From assembly GCA_963775465.1 (NCBI GenBank), contig CAVZIW010000009.1, forward strand, positions 39,742 to 103,741: a DNA stretch of 64,000 nucleotides. Reading direction: 5' to 3'. This DNA comes from Candidatus Bathyarchaeota archaeon (GTDB lineage: Archaea; Thermoproteota; Bathyarchaeia; Bathyarchaeales; Bathycorpusculaceae). Shown piece by piece: positions 12,981 to 23,099 of this stretch (the first letter of the stretch is position 1; the number at the start of each line of letters is the position of its first letter). Position numbers and translations under genes: made by a program. Under the pieces are notes generated by a model, which saw nothing but the letters and a program-made list of their open reading frames with translations, did not search any database and had not been told where the DNA came from.

Positions 12981-15076
12981 ATGACGGCTCACTCAGAGAG
13001 TTCTTCAGGAAACAACAAAAGAACAGACTACTATAGAACTAATATTGAGCATATCTTGGACGAACTCTCAAGAATCGACTTACTTGTAAATCACCACATA
13101 AGAAACTGGCGGAAAAATAGTAAGAATATTGATTTTCCGGGATTGTACATTTCTGAAGAAGAAGTAGACGCAATCCTAAGCAAGAAAAAACCGGTTCTCC
13201 CAGAATTGCCCGAAGTCGAAGAGGCAAAACGAAAAATTGCTGAAAAGAAAAAAGCCTCTCTCCAGAGAGGCATCCCTTTGAGGCTGGAGATGCTCAGAGA
13301 ATTAATTGATCTTAACGAGTTTGAAATTGAAGCAGTGTTGATTGTTTTAGCTTGGAAATAACTTAAAGTATTCGAAACTCTTTGCATACCTTCAAGATGA
13401 TGTTACCAAGAAAAACCGACAGTTGGATTAATCCTAAAACTTCTTTGCCATTCCAGAGAGGAAGCTATTGCTACTAGAAGATTTTTTGAATATAATTCAC
13501 AACTTATAAAGAATTTGATTTTTCAACAAGAAAAAGGCTGTCCACTTCTTGAAAAAAGCCTAATGATTGACGAGCGCATAGTAGAATTTTTACTGGGTGA
13601 CGACACACTGGATTCAAATATTGTGTCATTTGCTTCACTTAGCAAACCTGAAACAAGTTTTGATGAATTAATGTTACCTAATGAACTAAGACAACAACTT
13701 GCAAAAATTTGTGATTCAAGCTTCAATTCTGAATTTTTGTTATTGATGCAGAACTCTGCTTTGGACTCAGAGGTTTGTCAAGCTTTCTGTAGTAGAGCAG
13801 AAATTGCCCTTCTAACGGGACATTTAAAGTGGATAAAACCGGAAACTTTGGAAATCAGTATTCGAAGATTCTTCAGAGAAGCAAGATTACATTCTGCAGC
13901 AGTCTGCCTAGATGGTTTGGATGATATTCCAGAAGATGCAAAGCCGCCTATTCTGAAACAAATTGAACAGTTCGAAGGCAGACTTTTCGTTCACAGCGAA
14001 TCAAATCTCTCTTTAAAAAAAGAAGCTATTCAGTTAGCAATTCCGGCATCAACATTCATGAGTAGAAAGAAGATGTGGCAATCTCTCATAGGAAATTCCA
14101 AAGATGCTACTGAACTTGCGACAAAATTCCGATTTGGAAAAAGCAAGGCAATTGCGGCAATAAATTGTGCTAAAATTTAGCTAGAGCAAGAAACCCTAAG
14201 AACCCTAAGACAACACTTGAAGATTTTTATGATGGTTGCAAAGCACAGACTATAGGTATTTCATCAGCGGCTAAAATAATTCCGAGATACGGTTGGTCGG
14301 ATATAGTTTTGCCCGATGACAAAAAAGAGCTACTTCGAGAAATCTGTAACTATGTAAAACACTATGCTACAGTTTATGAGACTTGGGGGTTTGACAAGCA
14401 CAATCGTGGAAAAGGATTAAATGTCTTGTTTTCCGGTCCATCTGGAACTGGCAAAACAATGGCTGCTGAAATTCTTTCGGGTGAACTATACCTTGATCTA
14501 TATAAGATTGATTTGTCAATGGTTGTCAGCAAATATATAGGAGAGACAGAGAAGAATCTGAACAGAATCTTTAAGGACGCCGAAGAAAGTAATGTGGTTT
14601 TGTTTTTTGACGAGGCAGATGCAATGTTTGGAAAACGTAGTGAAGTAAAAGATGCTCACGACAGATACGCTAACATAGAAATCAACTATTTACTCCAGAA
14701 AATGGAGGAGCATGAAGGTATTGTTATTTTGGCAACTAATATGCAAAAGAACATTGATGAAGCCTTCCTGAGAAGAATGAACTTTATCGTAGAGTTTCCA
14801 TTCCCTTCAGAAGAATATAGGTTGGCAATATGGAAGAGAGTCTTCCCAGCGCAGATGCCTCTAGATAAGAAAATCGACTACGAATTCCTCTCTAAGCTAC
14901 AAATCAGCGGAGGTAGTATAAAGAACATTGGGCTAACTGCAGCGTTTCTGGCTGCCGAGTCTTCTAGCATAGTAAAGATGCTATACATAGTTAAGGCTGC
15001 ACGCAGAGAATTCGAGAAAATTGGCAAAGTCTATGGGAAGGAAGAATTCGGTAAATATCTCAATTTGATTAAGTAA
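12981..15076 (+). CDS. eCIS AAA+ ATPase (Afp15/Pvc15), frameshifted
   Basis: GLYISEEEVD N-terminus, AYLQDDVTKKKPTVGL; Walker A GPSGTGKT, VVSKYIGETEKNL, Walker B LFFDEAD, DAHDRYANIEINYLLQ. Confidence 0.95.
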
Positions 15077-15749
15077 CGCTTGTTTCTTAAAATGTTTATC
15101 AATTATAGCCTCATTAGTTTAAAGAAAGACATTTTCAAAGCTCTGTCGGCATAAGATTCAAAATTGAAATAACCCTCTACCGAATACCTCTTTGTTCATT
15201 ATTATCGTTTAAGAATTACTGTATAAAAAAAGCTTCATTAGTAACGCGAAAAATTTCAAATGTGCCTGAGAAGAAAGCCCACCGAATCTTTGGATCTTTA
15301 AGAACACAAAACGGAAGTATAGGGAGAGAATGAGAATGATTGTAACACATGCTGCAGGTAGGGGAACGATTGATAAATGTGTGATTGAAGTTAGTGTAGA
15401 AAAAACAAAGTTTATGCTTGAGACGCTTTTTAAAATAAATCAGAGAAGGAAAAAAAGTAAACTTAAATGATTATTTGCATCTCACGTGTTTTCGTATTTG
15501 AAACATGTTTCATTAGCTAAAGCATAATTTGTAGAATGTTCGTGTTTGTAAATGGGATTTTAATAAGGGCATTTACGCATTTTATAGTTAAAATTAATTA
15601 ATAAAAACAATGGAAAAAAAATTGTTTCTGCTTAAATTAGGGCATTGCTATGGGTCATAAGAACTATGAAGCAAGTGTTAATGCTGCCTTTTGTGCTTAA
15701 GGGCTAGGTCCTCGCCTAAGAATTTCAGGGAAACGAGTCACTTAGCAAG

Positions 15750-18700
15750 TTAAATCGTGTTTGGGGCTACATCTTTTTCTAACAATTCATTATAGAATTT
15801 TCGTGTCGAGTGTTTAAATGAGAGACCCATAAGCACTCGAGTAACAAATTCCGGTATCCCAGCCTCATTCATTGCTGCCATGTTTCTTTCAATGTTTTCA
15901 TTAGAATTCATTTTTGCAACCTCGGTTCTATTAAATAAATTCTTGCTTGTTTGACGGCGACCAATCTCACTGTGATCTTTTTGTGTTACCGCAACAGCGG
16001 GATTTTGTTTTGAAGCCTCTCTCTCAAGTCTACCACCGAATCCTTTAACATCTAGCCACAAGTTTTGCAGTAATTCGTGACCAGCGAGCTTATCTCCTGG
16101 TCGGTTGGCGAAAGATCCATAGGTATCCATTCCATATTCTCCAAGATCACTCTTGCCAGTAATTAATTGGCCAGTTCCACTGGAGATTACATCTTTTGCC
16201 AATTTTACACTACCTTTGACGTTTGTTACCTTTCTTCTTGGACTCATTTGCCCCTCGATTACCCAAGGCTGCTGTCTTGTATTAAGTGTTAGAGCAGCAA
16301 AACCATACTTTGACTGCCAATTTGGTAAAACGCTCTCTAATTCCTTTTCAGACATGGGTCTTTGTTTCTCAAAGGTCTCTATTTCTAATTCGATCGCAGC
16401 TACGCCTGCATCCCACTTCTCTTGAGAGCTTAACATTTCACCTTTCTTAGTCTTAACTAAGTCCTGGATTGCCCCATTTGGTTCCTTGTCTTTTCTCCTA
16501 CTTTTTTTTGCTTCTTCCTTAAGCTGTTTTAGGTTTTTTCCTTCAGTTGTTCTTGAGTTGGAGTCTACCTCTGTTTTGGGTTTTTTAGCTCCGCCTGGTT
16601 GGACCTTTGAGCGGGCTGGCGGTAACTCTGGTGCTTTCCCAACTTTGACGTCTCCTTTTTCCTTGGTTTTGGCAGGAGGTTCTCCATCTTTAGTGTTCTT
16701 TTCGGTCCATTTCCCTTGTTGTTCGCTTTTTCCTGAACCTTTGTCGCTTTTGTTGCTATAAAGGTCTGTTAAGAATTTGTCTGCTGAAAAGTTAATTTGC
16801 TTAAACTCTATTGCAGGTATCTGACCTGAACCGATTACATAGTCTATTGAGGCCTTTATTCCGAAATCGCTACCTATTGGCCATTTCCTTTCTATTAAAG
16901 GCCAAGTCCACTTTTTGTCGGGGCAGAGGCTCCACATGGGGGCATCTACCTCTACGAAGAGGTCTCCGCTCAATCCTAAGAAGGGTTGGGCCGCGATCTC
17001 CATTTCACCTCTTATGAAAAATTCGCCTTTTTTGTCCTCGCCTTTGCCTGTTGGTTTTTCGCGGTATCCGATTATTGGCGTGGCTTCCGCGTATCCTTGG
17101 ATTTCTGCTGTTGCGTTGATGCCTCCACCCGCTTTTATGTCGTGGGAAAGGATTTCGAGGCCAGCGCCCGCTTCTCCTCTCAGCTGCAATCCTGCTGCCG
17201 CAGATATGTTTAGGCTTCCTTGGACGCTGAAGTCTTTGGATTTCTTTGGATCCGTGGAGTATGTGCCTTTGACTAGAATATTTTGGAACTTGGCTGGCCC
17301 CAATTTTGCGAATGCGTCCATTCCTACGTTGGCGAAAATAAAGATATTTCCAACTACTGGGATGCCGTAGGGAGCTCTTGCTTCGAGTGTAAACAGTCTT
17401 TTATTGTAGTCTTTTTGCGGGAAGAGTTCAAATTCTTTTTGAGGTGTAATTTCTCCAATTATGGTGGTGTATCCTTCGGAATCTATTATTACGTGGGCAG
17501 TCCCACTTAGCCAATCTGTAAATGCAAAATTCAAGTCCCCTTCTCCAAAGACGGCGTAGCCACCTTTTTTGGGTTTAGGACTGGATTTCTTAGTAGCTGG
17601 TTCAGCTATTTTTTCCTCTCCGGCTGGAGCTTTTCTTGTTTCTTCAAGTTCCTTTGCTTTGCTTTCTTCCATAACTCTTAGCGTTATGGCTCCTGATAGC
17701 TTGTCGCCTGAATATCCAACTTTTCCTCCTCCAGTTATGTTTTGGCCGTCCCAATCTACAGTTATGTTTCCTGTGATATTCTTGGGTAGCTCCAAATCAG
17801 CTTTTGCGCTTCCAGAAACAAACCCTTGTTCAGAACGTTTTAGCTCCATATTAACTGATGAAATGTTTTTAATTTTGCCTTTAACTATTCCTTCAAAATT
17901 GGCAACCTTTTCATCGTTCGCCTGTATGTTTATTGAACCGGAAAATGCGTTGTTTCCAACGTTGATCGGCACCTCTAAGCCTAGATTTAGATTTCCATCT
18001 TCGAGTCTATTTGAGATATTGATTCTTGAATCGACATTGAAACCCGTTAGGCCTATTAAGTAAGTATTTTTCCTAAAGAAATTGACTAGTGATGAGCCTC
18101 TCCCAGATACAGTTCTTCCGACACCCATTTCTCCGGCAATTCATTATTCTCCACTTCAATAAACAGGCTAGGTCTAATTTCTTCTCATCCCACTCACGTT
18201 CATAAGAAGTGGATGGGAAGTCATCAGTATCGCTTGTTTCTTAGCTTGGTACTTGTTCTTAGTTTTATTGAGTCTAATTGTGCCTTCAGCGATGTTTCCA
18301 AAGCGTACGTTAACTAACCCTGTTTTGTTTTTGTCTAACCATGCCTCTGTGGCTTCTGGTGGCTTTAGAGATGCGTTCCCTTTGAGTTGTATGATGCCTG
18401 GCGCTACTTCGGTTTCTTCATTTTTGGGTTTGGGTGCTTCTTTGGATGATTTAACATTTGTGTTTTTAGGTTGACGTTGAATCAACTCATCTTCCACGTG
18501 CAGTAGGTTTGGAGCGGAATTGGTCGTATTGGATTTGATGTTGGTTTTTGCTGATCCTTGTTGTATTACATGTGTTAGTTCGTGAGCGAGGAGATGTTTT
18601 CCTGCAGAGGTTCCTGTCTCGTATTTTCCAGATCCAAAGAATATGTCTTTGCCACGGGTGAAGGCTTGAGCGTCTAGTTCATTTGCGGCATTTGTAGAAT

Positions 18701-19262
18701 CATTGTCTGAGTGAATTTTCACTTGACTAAGGTCATGTCCCAGTCGATTTTCAAAGTATGTGCGATCTGATTCATGTAGTGAGTACCCGCCGCTTTCTGC
18801 CAGAGATTTTATCCTTTTCTCCAGTTCTGGCGAAGCAGTTGATGTTGAAATAGACTTATCTTTGGCTTGAACGTGTTCTTCTTCCTCTTCTTTTTTTGAA
18901 GAGGTTTTTTTCAAGTTCAGTACCTGAAGAGAGACAGTACCATTATGAGTCATATTGAATGACCTTAAACCATGAGAGGAGTTGACTTCATGGTTAAGCA
19001 CTATTTGATCTGCGGTTTGATTTGCTTCTTGTTCGTATTTGTCTTTAGGTTGATTGATTTTGAATTTAGCTTGTATGAAGTCGGAGGTTATGAGTTTTTG
19101 TACGGCTCTGTTGCCAATTGAGTTTTGCAGTTTCAAAACATGATTAACTCCTGGAAAATTAGATACATGAGTCTCCGTTTCTTTCGATTTAGTTGAAGCG
19201 GCCTGTTTTTCGGTCAGCTCGACTGCTTTTGTTTTTGCAGTAGCAAAACTCATGTGTACCAT
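15750..19262 (-). CDS. DUF4157 (eCIS core) protein with C-terminal putative HNH/Tox-SHH-like nuclease domain; probably one gene split near 18130-18180
   Basis: FENRLGHDLSQVKIHSD...AQAFTRGKDIFF...HLLAHELTHVIQQ; Gly-rich beta-strand stalk; C-terminus LAGHELLQ...NPAVAV...DH. Confidence 0.8.
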
Positions 19263-19522
19263 ATACTTAGCTTAAACGATATAAGCCTTCTCAATATTTT
19301 TTAGTCTTGATTTAGAATGCTCAGTTTCTTGGACCGGAATGAAAAAATATTCAAATAATCCGAATCATAATAAATTTTCAGTTCAGTTCAGTTCGATTTC
19401 ATAATCTAGAAAAGCGTCTATTGTACTACAATTCTCTTCTTCAAGAACAGGTTGAATTTCCGTCCTAATGGAATTCGTCATTTAAGAAATTAGACTCTCG
19501 ATTATTTCACAAAGCATGTTTG

Positions 19523-21760
19523 CTAAGGCGGTGGGCTACCTGTTTTCATGAAGGTTTCAAACCATTGGTATAGAGTGGGCCAATTTGTTCTGAGCCAGGT
19601 TGGGTCTAAATTGTAAAGTGCAAAAGCCTCGGGGAACAGTTCATTTGGCGGATTTGTTGCTGCATACCATGTTAGTGGCTTAATATTGCTCTTTTTTACA
19701 AAAGCATCAAATGCACTTTTTACTCCTGGTTTCCAACCTACAAAATGACCTAGTTCATGACCGAAAGTTAGCGAAGTATAAGAAAAAATTGCTGGACCTT
19801 CTGTACCTTTTCCTCCTAGAAAAATAGCGACTTCGTTTGCTGTTGCTGCGTTGAAAATAATTATTGATTGGTCATTTCCGTTAAATAGACTTAATCCCGT
19901 ACGGTTTGGGTCTTGCTTAAACCCTCGTCCAGCTGGCTCGATCGATATTTCTTGCCGTATCATGTGGATTCCCTTAAACGTAGTTAACATATTATCGGAT
20001 AATGTCTCTATCGTGGATTCTAAAGCAATCAATTCCGAAGTTTCAAAATTCTTCGTGTTTACTGTTCGTGCTTCTGGGAATTTATGTTTTTGTTTCAGAC
20101 GACTTTCTCCTTCCAAACTTGAAAGAATTGTGATGCCGTAGTTATTCTGGAACCATTTTGGCGAGGCAGCATTGTTTCTCAATTGTTCGTTGGCGTTTTT
20201 TCGTATTTCATCTACCGTGGTACCGCTCAGGTTAACGTTCGGGTAACGCTTGGTCAACCAAGTTTTTAGCGCTGCTTCATTCTTTGAGTTGATTCCGAAC
20301 TCCTTTGCGCGTCCAACATCTAGTTGCGACGTTTTTGTGCTCATGATTTTCTCTTTTTCTCCAACGCGTTCCACATCAATGTTATTTGTATTTGGTCTAA
20401 ATCTGAGTGTACACAGTACTTGTTTTGAGCTGTTGGCAACGGGAATAATAGCGTCTACTTCTGTGTTCCGAGTGCCAGATTGGAAATACTGCCAAATTGC
20501 ATATTTGACTGAAAGTCGTTCATCAGCTGGTAACTTAGTGATTCCGTTGATCGTTCCCAACCTATCTTGTTTCTTTGGGTTCCTTTTGGTTTGAGCTTCT
20601 TCGAGTTTCAGATCGACGAAATCTTTTTCTGCATAGTCTGAAGGTGGACCAGCATGAATAGGCAGGTTGGATCCTAAGAATGTAATTGTTAAACTTGTGA
20701 TGCTTCCTTGCGGGTCCTTGGTGCCTTTTGCGTGAAAAGATACTTCTAATTTCTCTTGTTTTTTGCCTTTTGTGAGGGCTACGCTAATAGGCACAACGTT
20801 GTCAAACGTCTGTTCAACATTAGTTTCTATCCAATTGAATAGTCTTTTGTGCTCTTCAGGATGAGCGGTCCAATATTTTTCAATGTTATTTTCGGGAAAG
20901 CCTGAATGGGAATAGCTATTAGGTTCCGTGAACGAGACACTTTTTGGTGAAGCTGCGGAGATCGGAGCTATTATTGGAGTGCCTTCTGATATCAATACTG
21001 CTTCTACAGAGTCTCTTTTTTGCAGTGGTTTTCTGGGTTTAAAAGTGAATTTACAGATTAAGTTTTTGGAAGCCTTGGCTTTCTCTCTTTTGGGAATTGA
21101 GACAATCCGTGAGATTTGACGTGTAATAGATTTTTTTGGCATCAAATGCCAAAGAACTGATAAAACTGAATCACGTTTTTCGGTATTGCGGTTAATTCGA
21201 TCATCCATAATGAGATTATGGATTGTCATAATGCGTTGCTCCCAATAGCTTAAGCTAGATGCTTCTTCGATTTTTGTTCGCTCAAAAGTCATACTTTTTG
21301 TTTCATATTGCTCCGTCCTTTGACTCTCTTTTTTTCCCGTTATTTCAGGTGTAGTTGTGCCCTTTTTCTTAGGAGGTTTTTCTTTACTATTCTTTTTCTG
21401 TCTTTGGAGTAACGGTATGCCTATTAGTGAAGTATGGTTGGCTTGAGAGATTTCATTTTTGAATAGCTTTGGCTTTGGGGGTTTAGCTATGTTTTCTGCG
21501 ATACTATCTGCTTCTTGTTCGTATATGTCTCTTGATTGGTTGATTTTCAGTTTTGCTTGAGTGTGAATAGAGCTTATGAGTTTTTGTACAGCTCTGTTGC
21601 CGATTGAATTCTGCAACTTCAAAACATAATCAATCTGCGAGCTTTCAGAAACTGGTTTTCTTGCAGTTCTTAGTCCATCAATTGAAGATTTCTGTTTCTT
21701 TGAAAGCTCGAGTACAGCTTCAGTAGTGACAAAATTCATACATGTCTTATTGTGTATCAT
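19523..21760 (-). CDS. Putative eCIS effector: shared N-terminal leader + C-terminal HExxH zinc metalloprotease (lethal-factor/ATLF-like motif pattern)
   Basis: LQNSIGNRAVQKL...AKLKINQ..D.YEQEAD leader; FGHELGH...YAATNPPNELFPEAFALY...L...P.LYQWF. Confidence 0.7.
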   Translation of the reverse strand: MIHNKTCMNFVTTEAVLELSKKQKSSIDGLRTARKPVSESSQIDYVLKLQNSIGNRAVQKLISSIHTQAKLKINQSRDIYEQEADSIAENIAKPPKPKLFKNEISQANHTSLIGIPLLQRQKKNSKEKPPKKKGTTTPEITGKKESQRTEQYETKSMTFERTKIEEASSLSYWEQRIMTIHNLIMDDRINRNTEKRDSVLSVLWHLMPKKSITRQISRIVSIPKREKAKASKNLICKFTFKPRKPLQKRDSVEAVLISEGTPIIAPISAASPKSVSFTEPNSYSHSGFPENNIEKYWTAHPEEHKRLFNWIETNVEQTFDNVVPISVALTKGKKQEKLEVSFHAKGTKDPQGSITSLTITFLGSNLPIHAGPPSDYAEKDFVDLKLEEAQTKRNPKKQDRLGTINGITKLPADERLSVKYAIWQYFQSGTRNTEVDAIIPVANSSKQVLCTLRFRPNTNNIDVERVGEKEKIMSTKTSQLDVGRAKEFGINSKNEAALKTWLTKRYPNVNLSGTTVDEIRKNANEQLRNNAASPKWFQNNYGITILSSLEGESRLKQKHKFPEARTVNTKNFETSELIALESTIETLSDNMLTTFKGIHMIRQEISIEPAGRGFKQDPNRTGLSLFNGNDQSIIIFNAATANEVAIFLGGKGTEGPAIFSYTSLTFGHELGHFVGWKPGVKSAFDAFVKKSNIKPLTWYAATNPPNELFPEAFALYNLDPTWLRTNWPTLYQWFETFMKTGSPPP

Positions 21761-21879
21761 TTTAAAATAAAACTATCGCTAATTAACAATTTACCAGTTT
21801 TTAATTTGGCTCAACGTTGATGCTATTGTTTTCCTAAAAGTTCTTAAGCAAATTCATACTACTTATAGTTGGCGTCTGC

Positions 21880-22461
21880 ATGGGTGATTATAAAGCAATA
21901 GCTAGTGTTAGCAAAACATTGCTTAGTATACTCTTTAGCAATATTAAAGGGGACCCTCAAGTTAACTCGATTGTTAATAACGAAGATCAAATATCGCTCT
22001 CTTCCCCAAAGGACATATCTCCTGATAAGAAACTGTCTTTGTTTTTGTATAAAGTCGAAGAGTTTTCAACAATGAAAAATCAATTGCCCTCAGAAATAAA
22101 TCTCAAAATAAAAGTCCTTCCACCTTTGTACTTATCTCTGCACTATCTTGTAATACCTTTGACACAGAACATTGAGGGTGATCATTTGCTTCTGGGAAAA
22201 ACAATGCAGATATTTTCTGAGAACAGCACCTTGCGTGGATCATTTTTGCAGGGGAGCTTAGCAGATTATGATGCAAACCTCAGGTTAGTTTTGGATTCGC
22301 TTTCTCTAGATGATATAAACAAGCTGTGGAGTGCGCTAGGAACCCATTATAGACTTTCGTTAAGTTATAGTGTTTCTCCGGTAATGATTGATTTGACTCG
22401 TAAGCGAGAAGCGGCACGAGTGGTGGAAGAAAAATTTGAATACAAAAATATTCCACGTTGA
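21880..22461 (+). CDS. Pvc16/Afp16 (DUF4255) tail terminator/cap
   Basis: AIASVSKTL..IL, LSLFLYKVEE, PPLYLSLHYLV, LLLGK.MQIF, LSLDDINKLWSAL...YRLSLSY.VSPV.ID. Confidence 0.9.
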   Translation: MGDYKAIASVSKTLLSILFSNIKGDPQVNSIVNNEDQISLSSPKDISPDKKLSLFLYKVEEFSTMKNQLPSEINLKIKVLPPLYLSLHYLVIPLTQNIEGDHLLLGKTMQIFSENSTLRGSFLQGSLADYDANLRLVLDSLSLDDINKLWSALGTHYRLSLSYSVSPVMIDLTRKREAARVVEEKFEYKNIPR

Positions 22462-23074
22462 GGTTGGATCCTTGAAGAAAGCTACTGAATTGCGAATGAG
22501 GAGTCTTTCTTTCTCAATTTCTTTAGTTGATTCCTATATAGAAAACCGGCCTATAGGCTCCCTAAGTGTTTACTTGAATGAAGAGCAATATAAAGCAGTG
22601 AAAAATCCTTCCGGCTATTATGTATTTTCAGATATCCATAGAGGCATTTACACACTGCATGTTGTTTCTGAATTCTATTTTGAGGAGAGCTTGGATGTGG
22701 ATCCTCATTCTCTTGATCCTTTGTGTCCAGTTAAAGAAATTAGATTAATTCCTACACCCGCTTATCCTTTTCCAAGTGGAGCTACGTTAATACGTGGAAG
22801 GGTTTTAGATTCGAATAAAAAACCAGTATCAAGTGCCTTCGTTGAAATTAGAGAAAAACCTCAGGAGCTTAACAACCCCGAGGGGAGAGTTTATTTTATA
22901 TTTTCCATCATTGAAGAAAGATCAAGTCAAAATAGAAAGTGGAAAAAGATTTGTTAAAAACGGAAAAAGGCATCGAGATTTCTATCACATGCAATTTCCG
23001 TGGCAAGAGTGGCATGGTAAGGTTGGATGGTGTAGAAGAAGGAACTAGGAATAATATTAAATATATCCTATTAA
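22436..23074 (+). CDS. Carboxypeptidase-regulatory-like (beta-sandwich) eCIS accessory protein, frameshifted near 22870
   Basis: KNPSGYYVF...L.PTPAYPFPSGATLIRGRV...GEF; usual position between Pvc16 and sheath. Confidence 0.7.
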
Positions 23075-23099
23075 GATAAGGTAAAAGCGGTTTTGAAAA

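Noticed and set aside
690-14200. Stop-codon recoding (Pyl or alternative code) explaining split genes
   Set aside because: Breaks examined are frame changes, not in-frame stops; core genes read normally
14191-14210. AACCCTAAG tandem duplication
   Set aside because: Two copies only, inside the ATPase linker; not an array
16153-18474. Several plus-strand ORFs of 68-164 aa
   Set aside because: Antisense shadows of the DUF4157 effector with no motifs
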